Source of the DNA: Lama guanicoe
Taxonomy: Eukaryota
DNA length: 64,000 nucleotides
Assembly (NCBI GenBank): GCA_013239625.1
Contig: MU057350.1
Location: 23,093,894-23,157,893 of the forward strand
Direction: 5' to 3'
Made by a program: the position numbers and the translations under genes. Every line of letters starts with the position of its first letter. Position 1 is the stretch's first letter. A model generated the notes under the pieces. It had not been told where the DNA came from. It ran no database searches and worked only from the letters and a program-made list of their open reading frames with translations. Positions 25,119 through 38,570 of the stretch are shown here, piece after piece.

Positions 25119-25273
25119 TTTGCCCCAGCTTCTTAGGCTATTAATTTTTTTTTTTTTAACCTGTGTGACCATTGAAGCAAATTTATGGAAAATCTCACTG
25201 ACAATGAGGTGGTTTCATTCGGGAGAGAGGAGAGAAATATTTGGAAGGTCTTCAAATGGGAGTATTTGCCAAA

Positions 25274-25275
<2 letters not shown>

Positions 25276-25306
<31 letters not shown>

Positions 25307-25319
25307 TGTGAGTGTGTGT
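25276..25319. repeat. (TG)n microsatellite
   Basis: Directly seen; imperfect at the 3' end. Confidence 0.95.
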
Positions 25320-28282
25320 CCTCACTGCAGGTCACCGAGGGAGTCTCCACCTATCAGAGCCTCTTGAGTTTGGCACATGATCTATGCATTTCCTCCAGTC
25401 ACTTCTTTGGGTGTTTGGTTGCAGTTTCACTGGGACTATTGGGACAATGTGTGTGGTTCCTCTGAATCCAGTAGAGAGAAAGAAGGATAGGGGGGCGGAA
25501 TGGGGGATGGAGAGAGAGAGAGGAGGTACTCTTTAGTACAGTGTGTATGTGAAAGACTTATGATACAGGAATAGGCCAACATTTCACATCATATCTGCTT
25601 GGTTATTAGATGACTTGTCAGAATATTTCTGTTTGTTTTGTATTGGAGAGGAATTCTCCAGTTTCATCTTATTTGTGACTCTGAGTGAGACTCTTTGGGC
25701 TGTTGCTACAAAATTCCAAAGATACACCCAAAGATACACTGGAGTGGAGACATGTTGTTTCCAGGCTGGCCTCAAGGCACTATGAAAAAGCTGGCAATGT
25801 GGGATTCTTCAGCCCCAGGGCACATCTGTGCAGCCTTGAGGCACAGTTTGTGGGCATGCTAGCCACCCCTGGCCATTCTCAGTGAACTTCTGCCTGCCCT
25901 CCTGCCCTGGACCCCTGCCGCCCCATCTCTGCATCACACTTACCTGTCTTTGACCACTGTCCTTGAAGATCTGCTTTCTGCCAACTATGTTCATAAACAC
26001 ATCCGTGTAAAATCAGATCCGACTAATCACTCAGTCTATTATCCCTTCTAGATAAAATATTTGTATTTTGACAGAATCCTTCTGGAGACAAGATCCTAAG
26101 TCAAAAAGATGATGTGTGTGGTAGGAATTTCATTTGTTCCTGTGGGGGTTCCCCAGTCAAGCCCAGCTGAAAGCCACCTTCCCTGTCCTCACGTGAGAAC
26201 GAAACCAATTCTACTTGGAGCAGCAGCAAGTCTTTGTGAATTTTTAAAGCAAGTGTATTTCTGTATTATGTATGTATGTGTGATGTATACACATACAGTT
26301 TTTTTCCTGAGTGAATAGTTTATTGATCCCAGCAGCTGCTGAATTTTTATATGCCATTTATGATTGTTCCTGTGATATAGTGAAATATTCAAGGCACATT
26401 TGATCAGTGTTTCTTAAAAAGGTCAAATACTTCCAGATAGCTTTAATCCACAGACATCCCAAGATGTTCCCTGCCAGTCCAAAGGGAGTCGGACAGGTGT
26501 ATATAACTAATGGAGTCACAAATTGGAGGCTGGCAAAGTAGTGACAGAAGAATTTAAGCAAACCTGGTTCTGCATCAGTAGTTCTTCTGACCCGAGATCT
26601 CTCGGAGACAGGAACAGTATAATTCTACTAGGTCACTTCACTTGTACAAATCGTCGGCTGTGATTCTGTTCCAGGATTTTTTTTTTTGTGATTCCCCTCC
26701 TCCTCTCCAGGAAGTAAAGAACGGACTATGATAATGGTAGCAGTTGGTCAGCTATAGCCTAATTCAGTCATGTCACATGCTGAACTGTCTGATAATTTCA
26801 TTGTCACACTGAAAGACAGATTGAGACATATTTCAAAAAAGTGTTTTGTGGTGACCTGAAAGGTTATGTATTTGAAGATGGCCACAGAAAAGCAGACAGG
26901 GTATACCATTTTGTGTGAATTTGAAAAGTTTTTCTCTTAAATTGAGGGGAAAACAGGGGGAAAAAAATGACCAAATGCAGGGCTATTTTCCTTGCCAGAA
27001 TAGTTGTTACTTTTTTTTTTCCCTCTAGAAAATAAATAGGTTACTATCTAGGTCTTTGTGTTTCTCTTCCTCAACTTTATTGTATGTCTTGTCAGTTTCA
27101 CTCTGGCAGTATTATATTTGACAAGAAAAGGACTGGATTTTGAATTGGCAAAAAATAAAAAAACAAAAAGCGCATGTCCCAAATACCCAAATAATGTTCA
27201 GTGGCACCCTCATTCTTTGTGTTCCCAGAAATATGATTTCTTCCTGGGTGGAAGTTTCTGGAAATAGGCATTTGACCTCCCCTACAAGTTGCTGCTTGGC
27301 AGCTAACTGGGGGAGGATTACAGTTCCCTCCCCCAAGGCCTTTGAGCCTGGCTAAAGTCCTCCAACGTGAGCTCCATCTCCTAAGATTTCTGGAATTGAA
27401 CCCTTTGGGATGTGCCACTCTGGGAGGTGTGGCAAATCCTCTGTTCTGAGAACCCTTAAGAAAGAGACCCGACTGGACTGGAGAAGGCCTTACATCTCTT
27501 TGAAATGTTGATTATCAGGGTTCTGGATGGCCCGGAATTTTCAGTGGAATTTATAGGTCAAGATTCCAAGAGATATGACGTGTAGGAAAATAAAGTTGCC
27601 ACCCTGGTGTCACAAAATGAGTGAATGGCAGAACTGGCTTTTCAGCCCGAGGCTTGGATCCAGACCACCTGGCACCTGCCTCATTTCATTAGCACAGCCC
27701 ATAGCTGCAGAGGGGGTTTTGGTTGTGGAGTGTCAGAACCAGAGACTAAGGACACAGGCACATGCTGAGTCAGATGGGGACTCGGGATTTGGGCTGTGGA
27801 CTTTGGACTTTCTCTTGGATGCACCGTGGAGCCTTTTTTCCCCTACAACTGCTCGCCTATGTCTTACTTTGGATCATTTGCTGTTTGTTCTGTGTTCCTT
27901 TTCCATATCTGATGAGAGCCTTCTAATTATAAAGTTGCAGTGACATCATTTCTGGCCAAACAATAAAACCTTTTCTTCTTTTCTATAAATTGATCATCTG
28001 CCTGGTTCCTTAGCCTCCTGTGCCTCTCTCCCCAAGAGGTATAGTCCTTTCTCGTCGCTCCTTCCCCACATTTCTATACCATATTTTGAAATCCGTCCTG
28101 AGCTAATTTTGCTTAACAAGTGCAGTTTGGCAATTTTCTTTGTCAGCTTAACCACATTTATGTCAAGACAGTGAGATGTAAGTGGTCCTCTTTGCTTTCT
28201 TCTACTTTTAGATCTTTCCTAACTTCTACCTTGAGTCCCCTCTCTCTCCTCACACTACCCAGAGTCGTTCTACTCTGGAACC

Positions 28283-28775
28283 TGCCGACTGAAATCAATG
28301 CACAGCCTCAAAGTTGAGAGTTATGTTTTATTTGGTGGACGTTTCTGAGGACTCAGACCCCTTTGAGCCCGGGATGACAGCCTCTCAGATGGCTCTGAGG
28401 GACTGCTCCGAAGAGGTAGGGGATAGAGCTAGGATCATAGGAATTTTACCACAAAGACCAGGTAGTTGGAACAATAAAAGATTACTTGTTGTCTAAAGAA
28501 AACCAGGCATCTCAAGTTAAAGACTTTAGTGCTTTTCTATGCATGAGTGGAAGCAAACATTTGGGCTCATTGAATTCATTCCTTTGACAAGCCCCTAGCT
28601 ATCTAGGGCCAGTATCCTGTCCTTTCTTATTCTGAGTCCCCTCAGGGTGCACCATTGTGAGTGGCTGCAGAGGCCGGGCTGCAGGCTTGTCTTCACTGGG
28701 GGGTGGCGGCAGCGGCTGATGACTGATGGCTTCAGCATTCTTTGTTTACTGATAAGGTTTGCAGTATTTTTCACA
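28283..28775 (-). mobile_element. Solo ERV1-class LTR (MER41-like, artiodactyl type), 493 bp
   Basis: TG...CA termini (tgccgactgaaa ... tttttcaca); perfect 4-bp TSD AACC at 28279-28282 and 28776-28779 (4 bp is typical of ERV1); TTTATT near 28327 gives AATAAA about 45 nt from the 3' end on the - strand. Family name from recollection. Confidence 0.85.
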
Positions 28776-29609
28776 AACCCATTCTCCTGTTCTGTGTTCT
28801 CTTGGGTTCCTCATAGTTCAAATTAGAGATCAAATCCTGGGACAAAGAGAGGTGCTGTATGAAGTGGGTCCCAGGGTACCAGATAAAGATTAAGAAAGAG
28901 TGTGTTCTGTCCACTGCTCCACTAGTAACCAGCTGACAACCTTAGGTAAATGAATTTATATCTTTTGTCCTTGCATCCTTTGTCTTTAAAATGAAGCAGC
29001 CTATAAAATGGGAGCTGACTCCCCTTAGACTTGGTCTCAAATCCTTGTCCCACCCATGCTTCTCCCCAGAAGGAAAAATTAGAGGCCCAAGAGAGAAGTC
29101 CCTGAAGTGGGGACTTTTATTGTTTTGGGTTCATTTCACAGGCAGGTTGGAGATTTGAAGATGATCCTTTTCACCTCCCAAATGTGTGCTAGTTTAAATA
29201 CCAGCACTTGTTTATACACATGTACTCAGGCAAGAATGACTAAGGATGATAAAATTGGAATGTGTTGCTCAGAGCAGCACTGCAATCAATAGGATTGCAA
29301 TGGTAATAACACCAATACATAGTTAAAGAGATGTAAATTGCGCTTCATTTGAAAGCGAGTTAGAACCACAATGGAGCAAGCTGGGATGAGGAGCCCAGCC
29401 TGGGTACCAAAGAGTGGGAATGCACTTTGATGCTGGTGCTGGGACTCTGGGATTCTGGTCTGCATTTCCCAAAATACCTTCAGCGCCCACGTTGTGCCCT
29501 GCGAAGGAAGAGGAGCTCCAAAGCCCAGGAGGCATCCAGTGAACAGAAAGCCTTTCTTCCCATCATCCACATCAAATGTTTAAAGGAAGATTTCTCCTGA
29601 GGGGCTATA

Positions 29610-29945
29610 CCAGTGGGTCTTACCCGGGCTGCACATTAGAATCACCTAGAGAACTTTCAAAAGTCCACAGAGCCAGGTGCCATCCCTAACCAATTAAGTC
29701 TGATTTTCTGGGCATGGGATTAAGGTTGTCATTATTTTTAAAAGCTTTTCAGGTTATTTCAACGTGCAGCCAGTGTTGAGAACCACTAGTGATAGACCTT
29801 GCTTCTCCAGGTGTGGGAATGAATACCTTGGGGTGCTTATAAAAGACATAGTTACTGACTCAGAATCCCAGAGGCTGGAGCCTGGGCATCTGCATTTTAA
29901 GCCAATTCCCCAGGTGACCCTCACGACAACGGGAGTTGAAAGAGG
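29610..29945. mobile_element. Tandem MER5B plus MER5A-like hAT-Charlie elements
   Basis: 'cagtgggtcttacccgggctgcacattagaatcacctagagaac...gtgcagccagtgttgagaaccactag' (MER5B-like, to about 29789), then 'actgactcagaatc...gggcatctgcattttaagcc...ccccaggtga'. Confidence 0.8.
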
Positions 29946-31479
29946 AATCTGCTAGCAAACAAATGAACTTTGCCGATAAATTTCTACTTTTGATGACATG
30001 AATAATTATGATCCTAATTGGTTGGTGATAATAGTGTCATGTGCAGCTTAAGCATGAAATCAAACACCGGGGTTGGTCTTCCTTGTTGGGGACTTTTGAG
30101 CAGTCATATCTTTATTCCTTCTCGGGGTTTTAAATAAACTGAAACGTAAAGCAGTCACAATGGAGACCATCTTTATTTCCACTGGAGCTGGTACTAGGCT
30201 TGGCCAAGAGAGGTAAATGGCCCGTCACTATAACCCGGGATGAGGTGGATGTATCCATCTGGTCCCCACCCGTCTAGCACCTGCTGGAATACCCAGGAAT
30301 GCCAGCTTCCCAAGGGTAGCTCATGGCCAGGATAAGAAGCGAGGAGCTGAGCTCAACGTACTCACCTCCTCTTCCCAAATTCAAGTCAGTGGCTTATTCC
30401 ACTGTCCCATTGTAGTGGGATGGAGGAAGGCAGCTGTTTCCTAGGGAGATCTTTCCTGCATGGAAACTGGGAGAAAAGAAAAGGTGTTTATCTCTCATTA
30501 GGCAATCTATAAACTATTTTTTGCCTCCCTCACCATTTGTGCTTCCATGGTTTAGATGCTCACTATTCTCTCTGGAATCGGCCCTCAGATGTTTTGTTCA
30601 TGTCCAATTTTCTCTCCCAGGTACAGAGGATCCTGGAGTGTTAGAACCGGGCTGGGGTTTAGAGGTCTGGAGCCTGAGCTGAGGTTGAAAGGGAGGTGAT
30701 GCTGAGTTCTCTTCCATCACTGGAGTAACATTAAAAGCCTTTAAGTGCCTAGTGATCTCTGTTCTGATGACTGGACCATGGCTGATAGAGTTCTACGTTT
30801 ATCACCTTATTTAATCTTCCCAGCCACCCAGAAATCTTTGCCTTATCTTATATCCATTTTACAGATGAGTCCAAAGAGATGTGGTAAAGTTAAATAATTT
30901 TCCCAAGGTTATAATTCTAGAAGTGTGGGAACCAAAAATTTAAATCCAGTACTGATTGGATACAAAAATATGGTTTTCCCATTGTTCCATGTTCCACTCC
31001 CTGTGCTGAATAAAGAGCCAAGATAGGGATTTTCTCTTTTTGCGAAAGATGCCATAAGAAGTTCCACTCTGAGAAGGTATGGGAGGGTGACGGAGCACAT
31101 CTGTTCCCTGCACACATCTCTAAACTCCTGCCCTTGTGCATTTCACTGTCGATAAACATCACACAGTCATAGACCTTAGAGCTGGAAGGGCCTGAGCCAG
31201 ATCATCTGGCCCGGCATCCTGCCTTCTGGCAGGCAACTGCTAATTATCTTTATTTTTCCAAATGAGCTGCTGAGCACTGGGAGGTTGTGTGACTTGCCCA
31301 AGATGACACAGCACGTAAGTGATAGCTCAGGCCAGGGCCCCGGGACTTCCAGGGGTGACTTCAGCTCTCTCCAAATGCAGAGGCAAGGAAATCAACTCAG
31401 AGGGAAAGGCTGGGAGACAGTTTTCCCAGAATGAGTCCAGTGGAGCTAATTCTTTGCTTTACATCAGCCTTTCTCCCTA

Positions 31480-31960
31480 CCTCTGAGGGCAAGGGCGGGG
31501 AACGCTGCTGTCCGGGGCGCTCCCTGCCTGGTCCACCCTCCCTCTGTCCACGTCATCCTAATCCTCCTTATTCACGGTGAACCGCCTTCCGCAGCCTGCC
31601 TAAGTCTGGAGTGCAGAGGAAGGACCTGGAACAATTCCTATTCCACAGCAAACGAGGATTAAGGAGACCCAGGCTGGGTTGACAGCGTGTGACGCAGAAG
31701 AGGCTGAGTGCCTCGGCGGCCCTGCTGCCGAATTTCCAATTTCCGACCATCCCACAGCCAGGACGGAATGAGCACATTTTAGACAAACGTGCAGAAAATC
31801 ATCTTGTCACTGGTATTTACAGTGTCAGACAATGGCAGAGAGGACACAGGCTCTCCGTTCCGCAGGCATGATGAGAGTGGGGCTGGGGGGCAAACTCGGA
31901 CCCCCACAGACAGGAGGCGACGGGTGAGAGATCCCGGTCAGCACCAGCTCAGAACCAGCG
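31480..31960. promoter_or_regulatory. CpG-retaining GC-rich patch; candidate enhancer or internal promoter
   Basis: GC box GGGCGGGG 31493-31500; CCACGTCA 31548-31555; TAATCC 31559 and GGATTA 31656; TGACAG 31680; visibly more CpGs than its surroundings. Confidence 0.45.
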
Positions 31961-32214
31961 CTCCCCTCCCTCCCTCTTTCTCTGCCCTGTTTTAGAGGCT
32001 GTTTCCATCTCTTCACCTTCCTCTCTTTCATTTTATTATTAGCATTATTATTTTTACCTTTCTCTCTGTTTTCTTTTTGTCCTTTTCTCAGTTTTCAATT
32101 TTCTGTTCTTTGACCAGCTGTTCAGCTGTTGGTTCACCCTAAGCACCCATTGACTGGACCACTCATATCTCATCATTTTGTGAACTTAAGATGTGCCCGG
32201 AGTGGACTCTTGAC

Positions 32215-33105
32215 CTTCTCCATCCAAACCTACTCCTCTCCTTGCTTTTTCCTTCTCAGTGCATGGAAGCCCCAGTTCCCATTTGTTCTGACCCAAAAGC
32301 CTGGGGTCACCCTTGACCTCTCTCTTTCTGTCACACACCATATTCAATCCATTTGCCAACCTTGTGGGACCCGTCTTTAAAATATTCCCAGAATCCAATC
32401 ACTTTTTAGTGTATTTCAGTCATTATCTTGGTCCAAGTCTCTTAGCTGGGTTATTAAAATAGGCTTCAAACTCACCTCTGTCCTTCTTTCTTTTCTCCTG
32501 TGGACTATTCTCAACACAGCAATCCTGTTAAACTTGGCCAGATCATGTCCTCCTTCTGCTCCAGACTCTTCATGGACTCCGTCCTTCACTCAGGGTAAAA
32601 GCTTTGGTTGTCAGATGGTCTCTGAGGCCCCAAAACCTCTTCACTTCCCTCTCTGAGCTCATCACTGCTCCATCCACACTGACCACCTTTGATAAGCATT
32701 GAACATGCTTTATACACCCCACCTCAGGGCCTTTGCTTGTGCCATTTCTTCTCCCTTCCTTAGATATCCACATGGCTCACACTTATAGCTCCTTCAAGGC
32801 TTTTCTCCAATGTTATTATCTCAGTGAAGTCTTCCCTGAACACTCCACTATCATCCACCTGGACTCTTGCCTTTCCTCTATAGTCCGCATCATGACCTAA
32901 TCTTTTGTGTTCTTTACAAATTTGTTCATTACAGGCAGTCTTGTTGACCCACCCTTCCACCTTGCCCCATCCCCACCAGAAAGTCAGTGTCTTGAGGGCA
33001 TGGATGTTGGTCTGTTTTGTTCAATGCTTGGTCTCCCTTGCCTAGATAATTGCTGCCTAACAGATGCTTCATAAATATTTGTTAAATGAATGAGTGAATA
33101 AGTGA
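32215..33105 (+). mobile_element. L2a LINE 3' portion (about 0.9 kb)
   Basis: Collinear L2 motifs 'aaaagcctggggtcacccttgacctctctctttc...tttaaaatattcccagaatcc...cctcagggcctttgc...tcagtgaagtcttccctga...ataaatatttgttaaatgaatgagtgaat'. Confidence 0.88.
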
Positions 33106-33950
33106 TTTAATGCATTATTGATCAACTACTATGGGCCAGGCAGGGTGTTAGCATTGAGGCATATATAAGCCATTCACTCACTTACTAAATCCCTTTAATA
33201 AAGGCTTGGTGAGGACTTACATGACATGTCTTGAAGAATGTTCTAGTACCCTCTTTTTTTTTCTTGCCAACTTACTTCTCCTTCCAGGGCTCTCTTTTTC
33301 CTGCCTCCACATCAACCTACCAACATTTTTTTCATTTTCCAGCATGAGTTCTGTTCCCTACTGCCTGATCTTCATTTTCTGCCTCTTTCTATGGAACCCA
33401 ACTCTCTCTGGTCCGATGTGGTGGTGGGTGTGCAGTCTGAACAGGTTCCATAATCTACCTCAGGGGTTTGATTTCAGGCTTCCTGCCAACCCACTGCAGC
33501 TTGCACGGGTGGAAATCCTCAGGGATCACACCAGTGTTCTCCTCCTCAACCTGTCCCTGCACAACTCCTGCTAGAATAGAAGGAGGAGATAAGGATGCAA
33601 AACCCTTTAAGTTTCTGTTTCTACAGTGAACAGGGCATTTAGGTGGCTGTTACTCCTGCCTTATTTATGATATTTCTGCTCAGAATTTCATGGAAAGTGA
33701 ATGTCATTGAAGGCATATTTCTTTCTTAAAAAATAAAGAAGAAATGTTAACACATGCATAATATCACTGTAACATTAATGCAACTCTAAGTGAAAGAAAG
33801 AAAAATACAGTAGTATTCTGGTATATCCACCTGCATTTGTCTCCTTGCGTTCTACTCCAGCTCCCAATCAGACAAAATTTAATGGGGTTGTATTTGATAT
33901 TGTCATGTTTTTACACCACCTCTGTAGTTACTATTTTTAATGACTGCAGA

Positions 33951-34138
33951 CTACTGCATTTTCTTGATCATAAGATGCTACTGATTTTAAGATGCACCAT
34001 TGCTTTCATAACAGCTTCTCAAAGAAGAAAAGAAATATTACCACTTTGAATGTATGTAATAGATGTAAGATGCAGTCTAATTTCAGAAATGTTGAAAATT
34101 TACCAAAAAGGATCTTAAAATTGAGAAAAATAAAATAG
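33951..34138. mobile_element. Ancient TcMar-Tigger-like MITE inserted in old L1M sequence
   Basis: Imperfect TIRs 'ctactgcattttcttgatcataagatgc' vs reverse complement 'ctattttatttttctcaattttaagatcc'; TA at both ends. Confidence 0.5.
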
Positions 34139-34859
34139 TTCGCAGTACGTATATTTCTTTTACATTTACATTTACATTTACTTTATATTCATATTTACAT
34201 AATTTACTACAAGTAACCCTGCTGTGAAAGTCTTTGTGCCTGTAGCTTTTATCTTTTGAGTTGTTTCCTTGGTATAAACTCATTGGGACATACACAGACA
34301 TTTTAAAGCTTTTGAAACATATTGTTGTGATGTTTTTCAAAAGGGTTAATACATTTTAGCCTGTTACCCAAAATATGTGCTTGAGTATCTGTGCAACTCT
34401 GCCAGCATTAAGTTTTATCAGTTTTTGTTTGGTTTTGTTTCTTGCTAATTTTATATGTATAACCAGCTTATATTTGCATTGTTCTGATTATTTGGAAGGT
34501 AGTATAAGTTACATTAGTAGCAAATTGAGTGATGTGTCTAAGCTGCTAGGAAAATGTGTTGCTATTGAGGAAGTGGTATAAGATTATCTTATTAGGTGAC
34601 GGAGAGTGGAATTTGTTCTTCAAAGTTCTGGCCTTTGGTTGGGATGGAGATTCAATGAACAGAATTATTGAAAAAATCAGTTTTGTTTCCAAGAATACAT
34701 CTAATTAGACTTCTGCCATTTCCTGAGAATCTTTAAAAAAAGCTATTGCAGTCTAACCTTGGAATTTTCAAGAATTTCTCTTGGGATCTTTGACACTGCT
34801 TGTTTCTATTACAGACTACAGAAGGAAGGATTTGGTTTAACCATCTTGCACACATGACA

Positions 34860-35095
34860 ATCGTAGCAACAAACATTCGTATATGGCATTTTCCACCTGC
34901 TGGACAAAGATTCAGTCACTTTGTATACTCATTGAATCCCCACAGTGACCCCAGGAACTAGGTATTATTATTATTGTCATGGATGGATGAGGAAGAGGAA
35001 ATTGAGGCACAGAGAAGTTGATGCATAGAGTAAGTAGAAACACTGGGATATCAAGCCACGCAGTCTGGCTTATAGCCTATTCTGTTAACCACCTC
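34860..35095 (-). mobile_element. MIR SINE
   Basis: 'ctcattgaatccccacagtgaccccaggaactaggtattattatt...ggaaattgaggcacagagaagtt...cagtctggct'. Confidence 0.7.
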
Positions 35096-35719
35096 AAGTT
35101 ACTTCCTTCTATGAGTGTAACACACTGCAGTGTAGGCAGGAGGCTGGAGAGGTTGATGGAGATGTTAGATCCTGGAGGACGTTCTGCTCTGTGCTAATGA
35201 GCTCACTTTCCCTGTCTAGGATGGGAGGATGAGATTTACTGTCTTGCCAGCCGAAAGCACATTTTCCAGCCGTCTCTGCCTTTTGACTCAAGTCCTGAGC
35301 CAAACACCCCAATGACATCTTTTGCCCTTGGAGATGGTACCCTTTACCGTCCCCCTGGTGTTATCAATGGGTGTCTCTCAGTGAGGCAGATGTTCGAAAC
35401 CCTGGGACTTGCTAAAATTAATGCAAATGTTCCAACTGCTGCAGCATCTGGGATGTTTCTAGAACATTTTGTCTCTCTGCCGGACAGAACAGTAAACTTT
35501 GAGTGAAGAAAGGTCTTACTGTTATTGGAACAAACAAATCATTTCAACTAGCTGATTTAATTATAGTTGTTCCATTGTTTCTCAAAGCTTACCATTTTAT
35601 GTATTTCCTTTGTGCTTTTATGTCCAGGCAAATATCTCCTCTGTGTTTGGTTGTCAAAAACTAGTAGTATATTTTATTTATATGAAATTTTATTCTTGTT
35701 TGGAAGATAATTGTGCCCA

Positions 35720-35942
35720 GTGATTAACAGGTTTCAGAGTCAGAAAGACCTGGATAAAATCCTAGCTCTGCCATCACTTAGGCAGGTTATCCAATTGCCT
35801 CAGGTAAGAAATGAGGATAACACCATTCTACCACATAGATCGCTATAAAGAGTCAATAAAAGTAATGAGCTAATGCTTACAAAATGCACAGATAGTACAT
35901 GATACATACTAAGTGTTCAATAAATTAGCTACTACTATTATA
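35720..35942 (+). mobile_element. MIR SINE
   Basis: 'gagtcagaaagacctggataaaatcctagctctgcca...catactaagtgttcaataaattagctactactatta'. Confidence 0.75.
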
Positions 35943-38035
35943 TGTAAAATAAAATTATAATAAAATATAACAGACATTTAGATAAAGTCCAAACTAAGAA
36001 CTCTTTTGGGGAATTGCTGCTTCTTTTTCCTGTCTCTCTTTAAATCTATGACTCCCAGCCTCTCTCACTGTTTAATTTTGTGATCTCTCCTCTTTAAAAA
36101 TTTCATCTAGAAAGTAGAATGAACCGAGATTTAATTTGTCTGTGGATTTAAAAAAAAGACTGTTGCAGTTTTTGAGTAAATGTTGGAGACAGCCTCATTT
36201 TCTTTTCCCCATCTGGAGTAGGATGTGTTATTTCTTTTAGTAGTTTCTGGAGTTGTACAAAGGAATTGTAAAGCAAGGGGGCTTATTTCTTAAGAAGTGA
36301 AAACTTTAAACTTCGTGTCTAAAATCAGCCCAAAGAGAGAAATCTTTTCTTCTTAAAGGTGGGACCCTCTTCCTGGATGTCGTCACTGGGAAGGACCCTG
36401 CCAAGGGGCTTCTCAGCAGGAGGGCTGGGATGGCGGATGGTGGAGCCCCAGAGCACGGCAATGGCTTTATGGTTCACGTCTGAGTGGCCTCCAATTCCAG
36501 GCCCAAGGCACCACTCACAGAGCATCAAATATTCAGACATCATTCCTCCCCCGACATTTTTAACTAGCCTCTAAATTGTCCACATCTGGGGGAGGGGAGA
36601 TGGGCCTCTGGAGTCCAGCCAGCGGCTGCAGGTGTTCAGTGACGGTGGATAAGCATTAAGGGAATAATGGCGACACCGCAGTGACTGATTGACTGTGAAC
36701 TGAGCAGGACCCCTCCCCTGAGACTTTATCTTGATGATGGCTCTCATGGGGTGGAGGCAGCGATGCAAATGGTGACAGGAAACTGACTCCATCACTAAAC
36801 AATTCAGGGGAAGCAAGAGCCCAGTATGATGGAGCAGATAACCTGTTTGCTGTCGTTTGTGAGATTCTGCCTGGGGAAGTGGCAATCCCAGCCTACAGGC
36901 ATCCGTTTGACAGCCGCTCTCAGTGTTGGGGAGAGATCCTGGACGGTTGCTGCCAGACGACAAGAGCTCAGAGCATGCCAGCCCAGGTGTGGCCACCCCC
37001 AGCCACGCGCTGGCACTTGTAAGAAAGCATAGCCGTCTCCCTGGCTCCATTTCCAAGGGGCATGGGACCGTGAAACATCTCCAGGACGTTTGGACTGGTA
37101 CCAGCCCCCCGTCTGCTCACCTTTCTGCCATCACATCACTATTTCTGATTCAGTCGAAATTCGAAATCTCAGGGGAAAATAAGTACCCCTCTTACTCTAC
37201 CCAGACAGCACTACGTTGTTTTAATTGGAGGAGGACTGTGTGCTCCCCATCTTGGACTTGGTGATGGCACTAGAAAAGGGCTGACCTTATGCATGTGTGT
37301 CTCAGTCCAGGCGGGGTCAAAGGTGGGCAGAAAGGCAGGTCCTCAGGATACCAGTCTCAAAGGGACATTTCAACAGCACTGGGGGTGAAAAGAAGCTGAT
37401 GTCTGGTTTACCAGAACTCCACTCAGGACAGACTAAATTGTGGTTGGAAAGGGTGCCATCATTGTACAGCTTGGTGGGGAGAGCCTGTCATCTCAAGCGG
37501 CGCATTGAGTAACAGTGGGTGTTTCCTAAACTGCCTTCTGCGGAGGATGGAAGCAGTTAACTGGTTTGCTGAACAGGATGTGGAAGGTCAGGCCAGAGCG
37601 CAGTTGCTGGAGACGTGGTAGAAAAGACTGAGTACTGCTACGTCTTGTGTGCTTCCTGTCTGAAGCTCTCTGTCGCTCTTCTAAATAAATATTTAACCAA
37701 CATTTCAATGCCTTTTGCAGAAGATGACAAATTGTCCACTGTTTGGGGGACCCAAATGACTTGGTTCAGCTCTGCATCCTGGCAGAGGTGACAGAAGCCA
37801 TCTCCTTCTTCCCTTTCTGGCTCCCGCCTTGAGGCACTATCTTGCACCTGCCATCTTCCCCATGCCCTCCGGAGTGTGAGGGAACTGGTGTGAATGGTCA
37901 TGGCCAGGGTTTTCCACACTCATCATGGAATCTCTTTTTCCTATGACAACTATTACCACTCAGTCTTTTGTGTACCAGGCTTGCTAAGAATCTGGTCTAG
38001 CTGTTTGTTAATTCCCAGAGCAGGTGGTCTGTGAC

Positions 38036-38570
38036 ATTGATTGATTGATTGACTGAAGCATAGTTGATTTACAATGTTGTGTTAGTCTCTGGTGTACAGC
38101 ATAATGATTCAACTATATATATATATGTGTATATATATATATATATATTCTTTTTCATTATAGGTCACTACAAGTTATTGAATATAGCTCCCTGTGCTAT
38201 ACATTAGGACCTTGTTTATCTATTCTGTATATGGTAGTTTGTATCTGCTAATCCCAAACTCCCAGTGTATCCCTTCTTCCCCCTTTCCCTTTGGTAACCA
38301 TAAATTTGTTTTCTGTATCTGTGAGTCTGTTGCTGTTTCGTAAATAAATTCATTTGTGTCATTTTTTAAGGTTCCACATATAAATGATATCATGTGATAT
38401 TTGTCTTTCTCTGACTCATTTCACTTAATATGATAACCTCTAGGTCAATCCATGTGGCTGCAAATGGCATTATTTCATTCTTTTTATGGCTGAGTAGTAT
38501 TCCATTGTGTGTGTGTGTATATACATCACAACTTCTTTATCCAATCATCTTTCGATGGACATTTAGGTTT
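38036..38570 (-). mobile_element. 5'-truncated L1 (artiodactyl-type 3' UTR) with internal (TA)n and (TG)n
   Basis: 'gcatagttgatttacaatgttgtgttagtctctggtgtacagcataatgattca...ttggtaaccataaatttgttttc...ctgcaaatggcattatttcattctttttatggctgagtagtattccattg'; (TTGA)n-type tail; collinear with the copy at 11.7 kb. Confidence 0.9.

Noticed and set aside
33040-33200. Tail-to-tail L2 arrangement as a possible miR-28/miR-151-type L2-derived miRNA hairpin
   Set aside because: Only about 9 nt of clear complementarity (tgagtgaat/attcactca), and no match to the mature sequences I know.
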